Shown here one piece after another: positions 1 through 13,302 of a DNA stretch of 40,831 nt. The notes under the pieces were generated by a model. It was not told the origin of the DNA, searched no databases, and saw nothing but the letters and a program-made list of their open reading frames with translations. Where the stretch lies: NCBI GenBank assembly GCA_002811645.1, contig PDIP01000094.1, forward strand, positions 85,754 through 126,584, given 5' to 3'. Source of the DNA: Corallochytrium limacisporum Hawaii (Eukaryota; Protista; Pluriformea). The translations under genes were made by a program, and so were the position numbers. Within the stretch, counting starts at the first letter, position 1. Each line of letters begins with the position of its first letter.

Positions 1-2177
1 CCACCCCCTCCTCCTCCTTCTTCGCTTTGCTGTTGTCTCGTTCTCTTGCCAAGGGAAAAAAAAAGAACAGAAGGGAAGTAATTGCAACAGAGTGTTATAC
101 ACAATAGCTATATAACATATAGAGAGATTTTGATGAAGATGCACACCGAGGAGGTGGGCGAGGAGGTGCTCTACTCAGTTCCTTTGAGCTCAGTTGTGGT
201 AGATTTTTTTCCTTCTGCGGCCATGCATTACATGGGCCTATACGGATCGATCTGGTGCCATATGTTTTTTAAGATTCAGAGGTATAGTGAATGTATTGAT
301 TTAGAAACGGTTACATTGCTAGATTATTTTACATTCCGTGAATGTCTCGTGTTTCCGCAGGTTTGGATCGGCGGAAGATCCGAAACTGTTGATTAAAAAA
401 AATGAACATGGCCCAGCCTTGGCTGGCTGGCCAATGTCCCTCCTCATAATGATCCTACGGCGGATGATGGCGGGGGAGATTCGCTGGGCGGCCGCCCATC
501 CAGAACAAGCCACTTTATGATTCAGCTGAATAGTACGCGTGCGTTGGAGGACAGAAGTACGACACACGGGACCAACGGACGAGGGACACAGGAACCGAAA
601 CGGTGGCCGTTTCGGGCCCAGTACCAAAACAGTCAAAGTGCCAAAATAATGTCATCCCTGGGCGAGGAAGTTTATACTTTTACGGGCGGATGAGTCTAGG
701 AAACGAGGCATTTGGATGAACACAACAAAACCAAAAACAACAATAAGGTAAAGGACGTACATCGACGTTGTTGGTTCCGCCTGTCTCGGCCATCCTGTGT
801 TTCCTTGTCCCCCTCCCCCCTCCCCCCACTGCCACCATCTTTTAGATTTCTTTGTCCAGTTCGCAAAGTCCACACATGTGGGCCAACACCCTCGTTTCCC
901 TTGAAACTTTTTGGGCAGGCAGTGATCATCTCAACCCCCCCCCCCCTTCTCTTGTTCACATCGGTTTCCCGGGATTCAACACTTGTGACTTCGCTTTCGA
1001 TTGCCATTGTGTCCGCAGACGGGCCGTAGACGCGGTATTTTCGGCATCCACATAAGGTCTTGAACACATTGTATGTTTTGTACCTTCGTGTGTAGCCAAA
1101 AATCTGGTGATGCGGAGGAGGATGTCGGGGATACACACGACGAGAAGTGGACCTAGATACTCCGATTGGACCACTGCACCAATGTGACATGCTGCGTTAG
1201 CTACTGTCCGTGGATGTCGATATAATTGTTACACATTTTGTGGTTGAGTTTAGGAGAAACTGTAAGAAAACATTTCTTTTCAACCTCTTCTGGAGCGGCG
1301 GTGCAATAAACGTCAGCTGTCTTTCGGCAGGTATATCCTTGATCACCAATTTAGGTTTTTGGCTACCAAGGGTTAGTCCTGAACCAGCCGTTGAATTCCA
1401 GCGCACTGCTCAGGAGCAGCACAAGGATTATTTTTTCATTCTTTGCGACAAGTGACGTGCAATGTAAAGTCCCGTGTCCATTAATCTGCCATCTCTCCTT
1501 TCACATAAGGTTCCTCCCCGAAGCTCAGATGCAACCAGCCAGCCAAGACATCAGACGGACAGATTTTCTCCTCCGGTTGCCTTCCTATCACCCTCGACCC
1601 CTGTCTGTTCTTTTTTCATCTTCCATTTTTTTCTTTTTTTCTTTTTTGGCACTCCAATTATTACGGCTTCGCATTCCAATCCCAACAGGTGTGTTTCGCC
1701 ACTGGGCACGCAATACATTAGATACGGTGTGGTACCGGAGAGAGGGCGCGGTGGAAATGGTACATTGACTGGTAGTGGCTATACCGATGTGAGTATAGAA
1801 TACGCAAAAATTAGTGAAGAACGATACACCGTTGGCGAGCATTAAAACAAGCGGGGGTTCTCCACGTTGAAAGGAATGGCGCTAATTAATAATGGTCAGT
1901 ATATAATAATCCTCACATTCAGCGAGAAATACCGAATAGTAAGTATTGAGTGCGATACGGTGTAGAAAATTTCAAAACATCCGGATGTTAATGAGTGAAT
2001 GTCGCCACGGGACCCCGCTTCTCATTTCTCGTATGGTTTCCTCTTTAAAGGGGGGTTAACTTATTTCATGTCTAATCTCCTTGTCCAGAGCGAATGAATT
2101 GGGTTATACACCCACAGTCGATAATCTGCGCATGGACACTGATATACCCACAAACACACAGTCAGGCAGAAGGGAAA

Positions 2178-2181
<4 letters not shown>

Positions 2182-2225
<44 letters not shown>

Positions 2226-2237
2226 TGTGTGTGTGTG
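2182..2237. repeat. Compound microsatellite (AG)n followed by (GT)n
   Basis: About 21 AG units directly followed by about 7 GT units, read from the sequence. Confidence 0.97.
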
Positions 2238-3137
2238 AGTGAAAGACGCCCCCTCCTGAGGTTTGGAAGCCGAGGGAGTCAACATGCCCCCGATGTATGT
2301 CGCACATCCGCCGTGTGTCCAAAATAAGGGCCTCCTCACAATTTTGGACATAGCTCATGTCGGATCTATGCAGGATTAATGGGCAAAATTGGCCATTTAC
2401 ATGCACATATAGACCCCAATTGTTGTAAGATGGACGGTTACGTCAATCATGGGCGTCATTTGACTCACTCTCGCTCACTCTCGCTAAATTTCTTGGCCGT
2501 TCCTTCCTCTTTTGTGTCGTGTGTTAACTCTCTGAGCCTTGCCTAATTGCTTCTTTGTGGTTCCCTCGATTCTTTTTCATAACACGTTCGCTTCTCGATC
2601 TGTTTTCTCACTCGTCCCTTCCAAGCATGCTCACCATCGGCACGCGTCGTCTTTCTCGCACTGCTATCTGGTGTGGAGGTCAGAGTAAGCGACAAGAATG
2701 ACAAAAATGACGGGTTAAAAGCAGGTAAGCCCCAGAACGTCCCGAAAAAAAAAGATATGAAAGAGGACGTCACAGATGAAGCAGACACCTGACCAAGGCA
2801 TGCTGGGAAACTTTCAATAACTCCTGCTCCACAAATACTTAAAGTGTGGCCTGGATGTTCCCTCATTGCCTCGGTGCTCCCTCGCCTTCGCTCTTATCAC
2901 TGCCGTACTTTCGTTTTCGGGTTATGATTTGTCTTTGTGGTCCTCTTAGGTACGTAGTACCAGAACCAAACCATACTGCCCCTCCCGGTCATCCATGTGC
3001 GCTAGAACGACTTGGAAGGAAAGGGAGGAAAGCAACGACAAAAAGCGTCAAGTAAAAAATACAACGACGCCGCATACTACACAAAAACCCGCGACAGACT
3101 CCATCCGCACCCCTTACTCCCGCTCACTCACGTACGG

Positions 3138-3169
3138 ACACGCACACGCACACGCACACACACACACAC
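3138..3169. repeat. (CACACG)n/(CA)n microsatellite
   Basis: acacgcacacgcacacgcacacacacacacac is directly visible. Confidence 0.9.
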
Positions 3170-3800
3170 CCAATCTTTGCTTTATCCTTCCCTGCTGGTG
3201 TTTATCTATCGTCCTTACCTTTCGTTCTCAGGTATCTGTCCCGCCCGTTCCTCCCTCCTCCTCGTCGGTGGACAATGTGCTTTGATCATGTGAGCGTTAA
3301 GGATTTAATGGCAGGTAGATGCCCAAGGCAGAGGTGGGGATGCTAATGGCCGATCTAACGAAAAAACGACAGCAGTCCGAGGATCCACAGCGTGCCCATT
3401 ACTACTTTACCGCCTTTTTTGCTTGAGTATCGTTCGATGGGTGTGTCCCGCGCCTTCGTGGCAAGTTGTTGTCCCGTGCGTCCTATTTTCCTTTAGGGAT
3501 TGACCTTCACCGGAACGGATTCACTTGGTCATGTGGTGCACAGTCCGAGGCAGCTTACGGTCCATAACTATGGGCGTTTACCATTATAAACCCTCTTTTG
3601 GCCGTCACCATGCTTTCAGGGCGCGGTAGGCAAAATCTTTCAACCGGCGGACGGACCGGACGATGAGGTGAGTTATGTTTCGTCTCTGCATTTATATTTC
3701 TGGTATTCCCCTGTAGGACTTTTGCTCTTGTGTCATTCTTTAAGCACGGGCCTATATGCTGCCTCCCCCCCCCCCTCCCCCGGGGGGGGGTGGTGCTTCG

Positions 3801-3891
3801 NNNNNNNNNNNNNNNNNNNNNNNNNNNNNNNNNNNNNNNNNNNNNNNNNNNNNNNNNNNNNNNNNNNNNNNNNNNNNNNNNNNNNNNNNNN
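3801..3891. other. Assembly gap flanked on both sides by near-duplicate Cn-T-C5-Gn-TGGTG sequence
   Basis: N run; flanks 3765-3800 and 3892-3927 are nearly the same sequence, suggesting an unresolved overlap at a C/G homopolymer hairpin. Confidence 0.95.
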
Positions 3892-4867
3892 CCCCCCCCC
3901 CCTCCCCCGGGGGGTGGTGTTGCTTCGTTGTGGTTTGGGGACGACAAAAACCCGCCACCAATGCGACGTTGCAACTTCGGACATTAATAAAACACGGATC
4001 AATGTACCACCGCCACCGCTGCAAGCACTTTGAGTATTAAAGGAACTTTTAAGGTCCCCTGTCTCTCTTGCTCTGTTCGTCTCTCTCCTCCCTCTTCTCC
4101 TGATGTCGTCCATTTTTCTTTTTTTTTTTGGTCTTTTCGTTGTTGGTCCCCCCCTTCCCTTCCCTCCCTTTTTTTTTTCTTGGGGCCCATTACTTTTTTC
4201 GGGGTGGTGGGAAGTGGGGATTCTCTCCTTCGCACACCACGCGCGTGTCCCGCCCGCCGCCCTTTTTTTCCTGACCTCACAGTCGTTGCCCAGAGGCAGA
4301 AACAGAGAAATAGAGAAAAAAAAAAGAGAATGGGCACGAGCAAGTAAAAAAAGGGAAGGGAAGAATGAAAACTCGACCCACAGAGACGAAAGGACTCGAC
4401 TCAGCAAAAAGAAACCTGGTCCATTCATATCGAATATATGGGAATTGCGAGCGATGTGAAAAAATAGTGGGCGGAATGCAAGAGGGACCGAAAAAGTACC
4501 AGGTCAGTCCCAGAAAAGCAACGAGGGAGCGGGGATGCCGCAGAAAACGAGAGTTTCTGGAGCGCGGCAGGAACGCGAAAGGATGCCCGTATTCATTCTT
4601 TTCGGTTAAAATCATCAGGTCGTTCACGACTGAATCCGTCCCTTGTAGGAGGTATGAAGGGACATCCGCATGGGACGGTTAGATCTCTCATCATGCACGC
4701 ACATTCGTCCCCAGACCGAAGCGGGAGGCGAGACAAGAACCGAACCGAAGCGCAGGCGTTCACCGTGAAGTGAACGACGGGAATATCTCAGGGAGGGCCC
4801 AGGGTCGGGACATTGAAGATAGAGAGGTGACCAGCGAGGAACAGAGACTGTGTGTGATGTCTTTTGT

Positions 4868-4916
4868 GAGAGAGAGAGCGAGAGAGAGAGCGAGAGTGAG
4901 CGAGAGACAGAGAGAG

Positions 4917-4961
<45 letters not shown>

Positions 4962-5209
4962 GAGAGAGAGANNNNNNNNNNNNNNNNNNNNNNNNNNNNN
5001 NNNNNNNNNNNNNNNNNNNNNNNNNNNNNNNNNNNNNNNNNNNNNNNNNNNNNNNNNNNNNNNNNNNNNNNNNNNNNNNNNNNNNNNNNNNNNNNNNNNN
5101 NNNNNNNNNNNNNNNNNNNNNNNNNNNNNNNNNNNNNNNNNNNNNNNNNNNNNNNNNNNNNNNNNNNNNNNNNNNNNNNNNNACAGACACAGAGAGAGGG
5201 AGAGACAGA

Positions 5210-5277
<68 letters not shown>

Positions 5278-5289
5278 GAGAGAGAGAGA
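4868..5289. repeat. Long imperfect (GA)n microsatellite spanning an assembly gap (N 4972-5182)
   Basis: GA dinucleotide arrays on both sides of the N run. Confidence 0.97.
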
Positions 5290-7477
5290 CGGAGCGCCAG
5301 AGATCAAAAGCAAGGACAGGGCGAGGCAGCTCTTGTATCTTGCCCAGAGCCTTCTGCTGTCCACATATCAGCAGTGGATGGGGGATGGGCGGGTGGGTGG
5401 ACGGGTTTTCTGTGAGTAGGGAGGTAGCGGGGCGGGAGGGGAATTCTTTCCATAGAATGGCAAGCGGTGATGAATGACACAATGGGCACACGGATCGTGA
5501 TCTAGTTCGACAAGACTTGGTCTTTGGTGTATCGGGATCAAAGATTTTAAGGAGAGAGCCAGCTGTGATATGTGCGCGCCCCCAATCGTTCCTTTGTCGC
5601 ATTGGAAGACAAATGGAAACGGCGCCAGAGATCGTTCGGCATCAGTGTGATCATGAGCCATCCTGAACCATCGTATAAACGTCATCGTGCACAAGTGCAA
5701 CAAACTTAACACAACCAGCTGACATGAATCCGGTACTACTACCGGAGAGACCGCTGGTGTCTTGCAACTTTCATCAAAGCCAAGAACGAAACACGACCTC
5801 ACCGCCTCAAGAACGAGCGGTTGAGTGATATGAAAGATAAGGAAGCATCGAACCGGATAAAAACCGGGATACTTCATTTTTGTGTTGTATGTGACCTCCA
5901 TACCTTGAGTTGTACACGACCAAATACATACAATATAGTTTGTTGTTCGTCTGGACGGTCAGAGCACCAAGCGTCTCCGTGCTGTTCACCTCCGAATCTC
6001 CGTGCGGCTATCCCGGGTTTGGGTGGGGAGACAGAGCGACTCGTACGACGTGGTGCCTACTCGTCTTCACATGCAGTATTACGTTGTGGTTTATAGACGA
6101 AGCGACCTGGCAGCTGCATGTTTACCGGTGATGCTGATTGTAGATGGCAGTGGGTTAAGCGGCACGAGTAAACGTATTATCGCCAACAAAAGTGAACCGG
6201 CACAGAGCACCCACCCGAATCCCCAAGCTCTCTTGCTATTTCGTTGAATTCGTCTGGACACTGATGAAACAACTTGATAATCGTGAACCGGATGGGGATC
6301 GGACCCGCTTTCTCCGCGACGCAATAATATCTGCACATGGTTGTAACCCGAGACAACGAAGCGTGCACACGGTTGACCATATATTGTGAACGAAAGCCGC
6401 GGCTGACGAGAAAGATTTTTCATTGTTGTTCGGGTGAAAGAAGGAGTTGTTCGTCGCTTATCGGAAGGAACACAGGGTACAAACAACGATAAAATTCATG
6501 CGGCACTGCGGGTAAATCAAAAGGCAAGTCCGCACAGCTTGGCATGTGCAGTCCTAACGCACATGCTATTCTCGGGTAGATTTTCCCAAGTGGCTTATTC
6601 ACCATATCCACTACCAGCCCGAAGGACAGCTCCACGTGTGGCTATGATCATTGTCAGTGAATGTGTCGGTTTGTGTGCATACTGTTTTGCACTCGTTGAT
6701 CTAGCACATCCAGTACGCCAGTGTTGCCAAACTGCTGTTTTCTTCTTTCCTTACTACTTTTCATGACTGTGAATGCGGTGTACACTCTTCATTGCGTCGT
6801 TGAGCAGCCCAAACCCAGAACATCGGACACTCTTTGCTGCGTTCTGCTGGACCGTATGCATAGCTCACTCTGTGGGTTACGTGCCTGGCCACCTCCGGCG
6901 GAGATGGAGGGAGGGAGGTGCTGTCGATCTTCTGCAATCTCCCCAGTCCTTTTGAAAAAGTTTTGCCCCTCGTCACACACAAGTCTTGTCCCAAAATTTA
7001 AAACCAATTTCATGAAAGGCCCTGCTTTGGTGGAAACGCACTGGGATCGTACATTAATAGCCTAAGGGAGCTCGGAGGAAATCTGCCCATTCTCATTGGT
7101 AAACGGGGAGGTCTGTGACGGGGAAAGTATGATCACACCTAACCCAACTACGCAAAAGGTATGTGGTCCGTAGTGCGAAGTGTCCCACAGAACCATCAAG
7201 CAAACAGATCCGCCGAGTTTCCTTTCGAAGAGGAGACAAGTCTGCGTCAGCAGGGAGTCTACGTGGCAATGGTGGATATATCCAAATGGCATACTCAGAA
7301 CAAACAGGCCTGCAGCACGGTGAGAGAGGACGGTGGTCATCAGCAATGATGCTCATCGGTTCGCTCCGCGGCCAACTGCGAGCTTGGGCCCTACACCAAT
7401 GCCTACGGGATGTCTTGAGTTAGTCTGTCTACTTTGGAAATTACTGCCGCATTGGCAACCCGTTCGTCGGTTTTCGC

Positions 7478-8296
7478 CTACGTATGACGTTGAGGATCTC
7501 TAATGGGAGATTCGATATCTCTGAAGGGTTCCTTCTGTTTCTTTAAGTGCGGTGGGTTCGGGCATGGTGAGGTGATACCCACATTGAAGCCATCGGGCAC
7601 TGACACGTAGTCGTCCGGGGAAAGATCAATCATTCAACAACTGAAAAACATGGTGATCTTCGTGGAATTGCCCCATGGGTTCGTGCACAGCCTTTGTTCA
7701 CGGAAGTTGTATTCTCTCGGGCTCGATGAGTGTGCGAGAGTAGGCGTCTCATCCGAAACAATTATGACTTTATGCCCCGTTTCCACTGATCGTGCGGTAA
7801 TAAACTTTGACCAGAAAGCATTCCAGTGTCGATCGAGCCTATGCGACGGAGTCACGGGGATCTGGGGTCCTGGCTTGCTCTGGAAGCTGGCCTGAAGATC
7901 CAAGAAGTTCGTGCAATGCGGCATGTTGAAGCTCTTGGGATGCGGCTTGACATTGCCGGTAGTCTCCTTGAATGTCGCTGATTACAACCACACCGATGGG
8001 CGAAAGGATCTGACACTATCACTATATGTTTGTGCGGGCAGGCCAGAGAATGACAGAGAGCAGGACGCGGAGACCACCGCGGTGAGCGCACGTACCGGAC
8101 GCTTGAGCGGAGATCCGCATTCCTCGCCCTTCCAGTTTCCTTGAAATGGTACACTGGAATCCCCTAAAGGAGCCAACATGAAGATGATGGTCGCGGTGCC
8201 CACTGGGTGTTTGTACTCAAATTCCTGAGGACAGAAAGAAAAAGTTGGTATTGATGAACCTCTGGCACGGAAGTTCAATAAGGACGGGAGTTGAGA
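7478..8296 (-). pseudogene. Possible decayed coding sequence of unknown product
   Basis: One minus-strand frame stays open for 273 codons with only two internal stops (7982, 7634). The plus frame sharing third codon positions is also relatively open, as over the real genes here. No recognisable motif. Confidence 0.2.
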
Positions 8297-10311
8297 CTAA
8301 GAAGAATTTGTACCTGATCATTAGGAAAGGTGAGATGGAAGCACGCCCCTGTTTCATCGGAGTTCTCCACTCAGTGATTTGGCATAGCATGACTTAGCAT
8401 CGGATGTACAATTGAAGAGACAGAAGTCACCTATCATGACCCGACAGAAGAACAGGAATGCAATGTACACACTGGTTGTCGGTGGTTTTCGCCCGTGTCG
8501 AGGGTGCTCACCTGCGCCACTAGACATGTACATGTGGTCAGAGTCGCTGTACTCAGACACAATCTTGGCACTCCGGTGCGGACCGGAATGTGCTGTCCCA
8601 ACCCAAAGGAGAACAAGAGCTTGAGAGATCATCAGTGCCAAATGCCATCATGACCAGGCCTCGACACTGCAATCCAACCCATATTGGAACATGACAATCA
8701 GCGTGAATCCAAAACGACTGGGGAGATCAAGTCAACTTCATATTGATTTCGTGCTCGACCACAGTCAGCGAGACATTGGCCAATAAACTCATTGATAGAG
8801 TTAGCCAAGGCCTGCGGGGTTTCCTTGCTGTAGAAAACGGTTGTGCTCAGAGTTGCAGCAGCCGCACACATACCAGTGAACTGGCTTCACAAGACTCCGC
8901 TCCGGGCATGGGGACGCACCACGCCAAGGAAACATGGGAAGAGCATGGGTTGCAGCAGAGAGCAGCGCGTACAAGCATATAACCAATATGGCACAGCTCA
9001 GGAGCCAGACGTCGGGTGCAGGGACTCACCACCCAAGAAGGAGAGTCTCTGTCCTGCTCGGAAACAACCCAGCAAGCCTCTGCCCATCCTGCCCGCGCCA
9101 AATCCAGAAAATTACTTTTCTTATCCGGAGCTCGCTCAAATCGGGAATTGAAGGGATCCCTCCGATCCCTCCGGCCCCCGCCTGGGAGGAGGTCGAAAGA
9201 AGGGGGCCGGTTTTTTCCAACACAAAAGCCAAAATACCACCGAAGCACTCTGGAAGAACAGAATCCTCACCCGGCGCAGAAACAGATACGGAAAAAAAAA
9301 GAAGGGAAGGCAAAAGCTTAAAAGGAGCGCCAGCCAGAGCAACGGGACGAATTTACCCGGAGCAAGAAAAAAAACTGATGAAACGCAAGCGATAAACTAC
9401 CAAGGAGCCAACAATGGTGGAAGCAGTATGGCAGAGGGAATAGCTGCAAATCACCTCCCCCCCCCCTTCCCTTTTCTCGGCTCCCAATTTCACGGATCCC
9501 CTTAAGAAGTTGGGGGAGGGGGAGTCCCAAAAAAATCAAGTGAGGCCGACGGACCTTGAATCTTGGTTCTTACCGGAGCCGCTGGAGATGTAAGTTGCGG
9601 TTTATGTCAAAACCCTGCCGCGCGCCGTTAGCTGTCTTGAGGGGGAGTTTCAATAATTTAAAACGTGTGTCCACAGTTAAACAAAAACAGAACCCCGGCG
9701 GTGTGCGTTGTGAAACTATGGCGATCCCCTCGCACACCCCTCTCAATCCACTTTACTTTTTTAACAAACCCCCCCCCTCTTCCAACCTCCGGGGGCAAGC
9801 GAACGGGAATGCAAAGCAAATCAGGATGGCTGCTGAATAGCCCAAGTATTCACATGGCAACAGTACTGAGCACAACACATACTGACGAAACCTGCCCCTT
9901 TCGATAGTGAAAATACCGGATACGGTACCACTTCACCTCGCTTTCCTCGGGATCTTGACCGCTCGCTCTCCTCACGCTTACGGTGTCTTGCGTAAGGTGG
10001 GCTCACTATATAATTTGTATAGCCCCTGTAGCCCCGTCTGTGGGAAATGTGGCAGGGGAGGATAGAAGAGGAGAAAATTGCAAGGCCCGGACGGTCAGGG
10101 ATGTTCACCTCAAGCATCACTAGCATCAGCACCACTGTCCATTGTATCTGTCTTCCAGGTACACCTGTACCCTTTCTGTAACATGTCAGAAGATCTTGAT
10201 TACCACCGTGGCCTTCTCTGGATGTACAGCCGATGATGCACAGCAGCGGAGAACAAGGATCAACGGATACCTCCGCTATCCTCTCAACCAACGACGGACC
10301 CCCCCCCCCCC

Positions 10312-10371
10312 NNNNNNNNNNNNNNNNNNNNNNNNNNNNNNNNNNNNNNNNNNNNNNNNNNNNNNNNNNNN
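10312..10371. other. Assembly gap within a poly-C tract
   Basis: N run flanked by C runs on both sides. Confidence 0.97.
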
Positions 10372-11033
10372 GCCCCCCCCCCCCCCAAACGGCGCCCATG
10401 TGGGCCTCATTCCGGTCCATGCTACGCGTCGATTCCAGTGTTTGAAAGTATTGAGAATGGCACCCGCTCCCCGGAACCCTTTGTTGAAATTCCGCAGCAC
10501 CAGGTCTCGGGCTGCTCCGGGTGCGCTGCACTGTCCGCGCAGAAGAACAACAACAAAAATCCGTTCGGTAGAGAGGGCATTTTTTCTTCTAGTGATCTCG
10601 TATACACACCCCTCCTCTCTTCACGATCCCCAGTCTACACACACTGCCCTCTCTGTGTTATGCCCTGTGTTCTTAATTCTTTTTTTCTGAAGGAACAAAA
10701 AAACTGGGCCCCGGTCTGCAAGGCAGTATTTTATTCAGGAGCCCAAAAAAACCCACGCTGGTTTTTGCTACACCGCTAACATGTCATCTTGGGGGTTTTT
10801 TGGATCCAAAACCGGTCCCATGGACACAGTAAATATCCATTTTTGGTTTCCGATTGAAACTGTGATAACAATTATTCCATATATTAAGTATGCAATATTT
10901 TGTTTATGACCCCCCATCGACGTATCCAGATCTAGTCATGAATCACTGGAGCCGAATCAGTGCCCCACCACACCAATCCCGTCACCGGTTTTCCGGGCCA
11001 CCGGTAGTGAAAGTACTGAAAAAGCCCCCCCCC

Positions 11034-11298
11034 NNNNNNNNNNNNNNNNNNNNNNNNNNNNNNNNNNNNNNNNNNNNNNNNNNNNNNNNNNNNNNNNNNN
11101 NNNNNNNNNNNNNNNNNNNNNNNNNNNNNNNNNNNNNNNNNNNNNNNNNNNNNNNNNNNNNNNNNNNNNNNNNNNNNNNNNNNNNNNNNNNNNNNNNNNN
11201 NNNNNNNNNNNNNNNNNNNNNNNNNNNNNNNNNNNNNNNNNNNNNNNNNNNNNNNNNNNNNNNNNNNNNNNNNNNNNNNNNNNNNNNNNNNNNNNNNN
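11034..11298. other. Assembly gap between a poly-C tract and dispersed repeat copy 1
   Basis: N run. Confidence 0.97.
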
Positions 11299-11408
11299 GT
11301 GGTACGTGATACATGTATTATGGCCATCTTTTTAACCGGCCGTATGCTCTTAGATAGTCCCAGTACGTGGGAAAAGGTGACATTGAAAACACCCCCCCCC
11401 CCCCCCCC
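11299..11408 (+). repeat. Dispersed repeat, copy 1 (93 bp core plus poly-C)
   Basis: 11299-11391 matches 27689-27781 with one mismatch (11327 T vs 27717 G), same orientation, both running into a C tract. Confidence 0.93.
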
Positions 11409-11713
11409 ACTACCCCTCCCCGTCGAGGGCGTTCCGGAGGGGCGGGCTTTATCAATAACAACAGTATACGGAAACCGTTCCACCCATCCACAACTCTCCT
11501 GCTTTTGGTACACATGTATATATTTCTCCCCTACTTTTGGCCCCCCCGCAGATCACACACACGCATCTGGAATTTCGGTACCAAACGTACCGACGCCAAC
11601 GCGCGCCCCGTCAAGAAAAAAAAAAGGAGGACGGTTGAACAGGGGACGGGGCCCCGGGTGAAATCGGACGCTGGCCGTTTGTCCCTGTAGCTGCCCCCAA
11701 CGCGGCCCCCCCA

Positions 11714-11715
11714 CC

Positions 11716-11748
<33 letters not shown>

Positions 11749-11768
11749 CCTCTCTCTCCCTCTCTCTC
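11714..11768. repeat. Poly-C followed by (CT)n microsatellite
   Basis: Directly visible. Confidence 0.95.
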
Positions 11769-12330
11769 CTCCGGCTCCCTCTTTCTTCCCCCAAGAAAAG
11801 AGGCCAACACTCGGAGCGCGCGCTGCCGCAGGCGGGGAATCCGAAATTTCTCCTTTAAGGGCCCCGGTCTTTTCCCAGACGGCCCCGGTTTTCGGTACTG
11901 AAAGTACCACGCTGCGGGCGTCGGTTTCCGCAACGTTCTCGGACGGTAGTGAATTAGCGAGGGTGATACGACCTCCGCAGTGCCTGTTACGTTGAATACT
12001 AAAGCAATTTGCACTCAGGGTTGGGAGGGAGGTGTGGGGGAGGGACTGCGCAGTGTTCCACCTGCGCAAGCGTGCGCCCCCCTCTAGGAACCAGCGACAC
12101 GAGCGAAATGCATGCTGGCTCGATGTCATTCCCTGTAAGTAGGCAGACTGCTTATCGGACCATGGTGACGGTTGGATGCTGGGATGCTGTCCCTTATGGG
12201 TACTACCCTGAGTGCATGAATTGGTGATTTGATGAGAGGTAGTAATGGGGCCCGGAGGCAATAGTGCTTCCACGTACCGGCTGCAGCTACTCAGAGACTT
12301 TTTGAAACCAAGCACCGTGCTCGTCTGCGG

Positions 12331-12365
12331 TGATGATTGATGATGATGAGGATGATGATGGTGAT
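12331..12365. repeat. Imperfect (GAT)n microsatellite
   Basis: tgatgattgatgatgatgaggatgatgatggtgat. Confidence 0.85.
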
Positions 12366-13048
12366 CGTATTGCAGACCTCGTCCATGCAAATAACATTGA
12401 CGACTACCTTCATGATACTGTACGTTGTGGTGTTATGAGCCCCAAGATGAGCTAGTGTGCCTTTTATATTCAGTGGTGGTAGTGACCATTAGATTGTTTC
12501 TGTCGCCAATGAAGCTCGATCAGTCCGCAGCCGTTCTTGCCACAGAGACACAGGCAGTCCGTTAAGGTCTTTCTGTGTGCAGCACACAGGAGCCTTTCTA
12601 AAAAATTAATTTTTCTACCTTGCGAGGAACCAGGAATGGGATTGGGGAAGGGGTCGTCTGTTGTACAAGGAAGGGGAGGGGAGGCGGCAAGGGCCCGGGA
12701 GAGAGGGGGGGGAGGGCGCCAGGCCCCAGACCAATGCATCCGCCAGGCTGCAGTAACCCTTGCAATGGAGGAACTTCAAAGCTTCTGCATGGGTTCTGAA
12801 GCGCTCAATGTTGACCACCAGCCATGACATACTGCCGGTGACAGCGGGCCCGTTTGGACGGGGCCAGAATCAACTTTATGGCGGCCATTCCTCAAACCGA
12901 ATCGAAACGCTGCAGGAAGGGCATCTGAGGACGGATTCTGCTACACCGACCTGTTGTGCAGAACTAGGACTGGGTGTACCTATTGGGGGCCTACATATTC
13001 TTCGTTCGCGTGTTGTTTGGTTCAATACTAAATGTACTGCGCAATTTA

Positions 13049-13302
13049 GGTATATCCCCTCTGGGCACCATAGTGAATGTACCCCGGCCAGGGCGCCTGA
13101 AAAAGGCGCACCCCCTCCTTAACCCTAATTATTCCACAACCCCGACTTCTCGGCCAGGGGCCCCTTTGATTCGCAGTTGATTAAATTCTTTGCTTTGTAG
13201 CTGAATACCCTAATATTACAAGATATCATTACCTAAAATTCACTCTGTCGTCGGCGCCAAAGGGGTGGTATGTTCACTATGAAAATCTACCGTTGATGTA
13301 TC
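13049..13302 (+). ncRNA. Candidate structured RNA (telomerase-RNA-like) or decayed inverted-repeat element
   Basis: 15-bp closing stem 13069-13083/13267-13281 and outer 8-bp stem 13049-13056/13295-13302, with all four non-Watson-Crick positions G-U on the + strand. Internal helices 13093-13098/13104-13109 and 13161-13168/13258-13265. TAACCCTAA at 13120-13128. Hand folding only. Confidence 0.3.

Noticed and set aside
187-205. agctcagttgtggtaga resembling a tRNA D-arm
   Set aside because: No anticodon arm, T-arm or acceptor stem follows.
3765-3927. Apparent tandem duplication around the first gap
   Set aside because: Most simply the same C/G hairpin sequence assembled on both contig ends.
4624-5602. 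Long ORFs with ERERER or SLSLSL runs and X stretches (also around 2100-2400, 3555-4428, 9821-11800 and 27689-28207)
   Set aside because: Artefacts of microsatellites, homopolymers and N gaps, which contain no stop codons.
10798-10811. Perfect 14-bp palindrome ttttggatccaaaa
   Set aside because: A couple of palindromes of this length are expected by chance in 40 kb.
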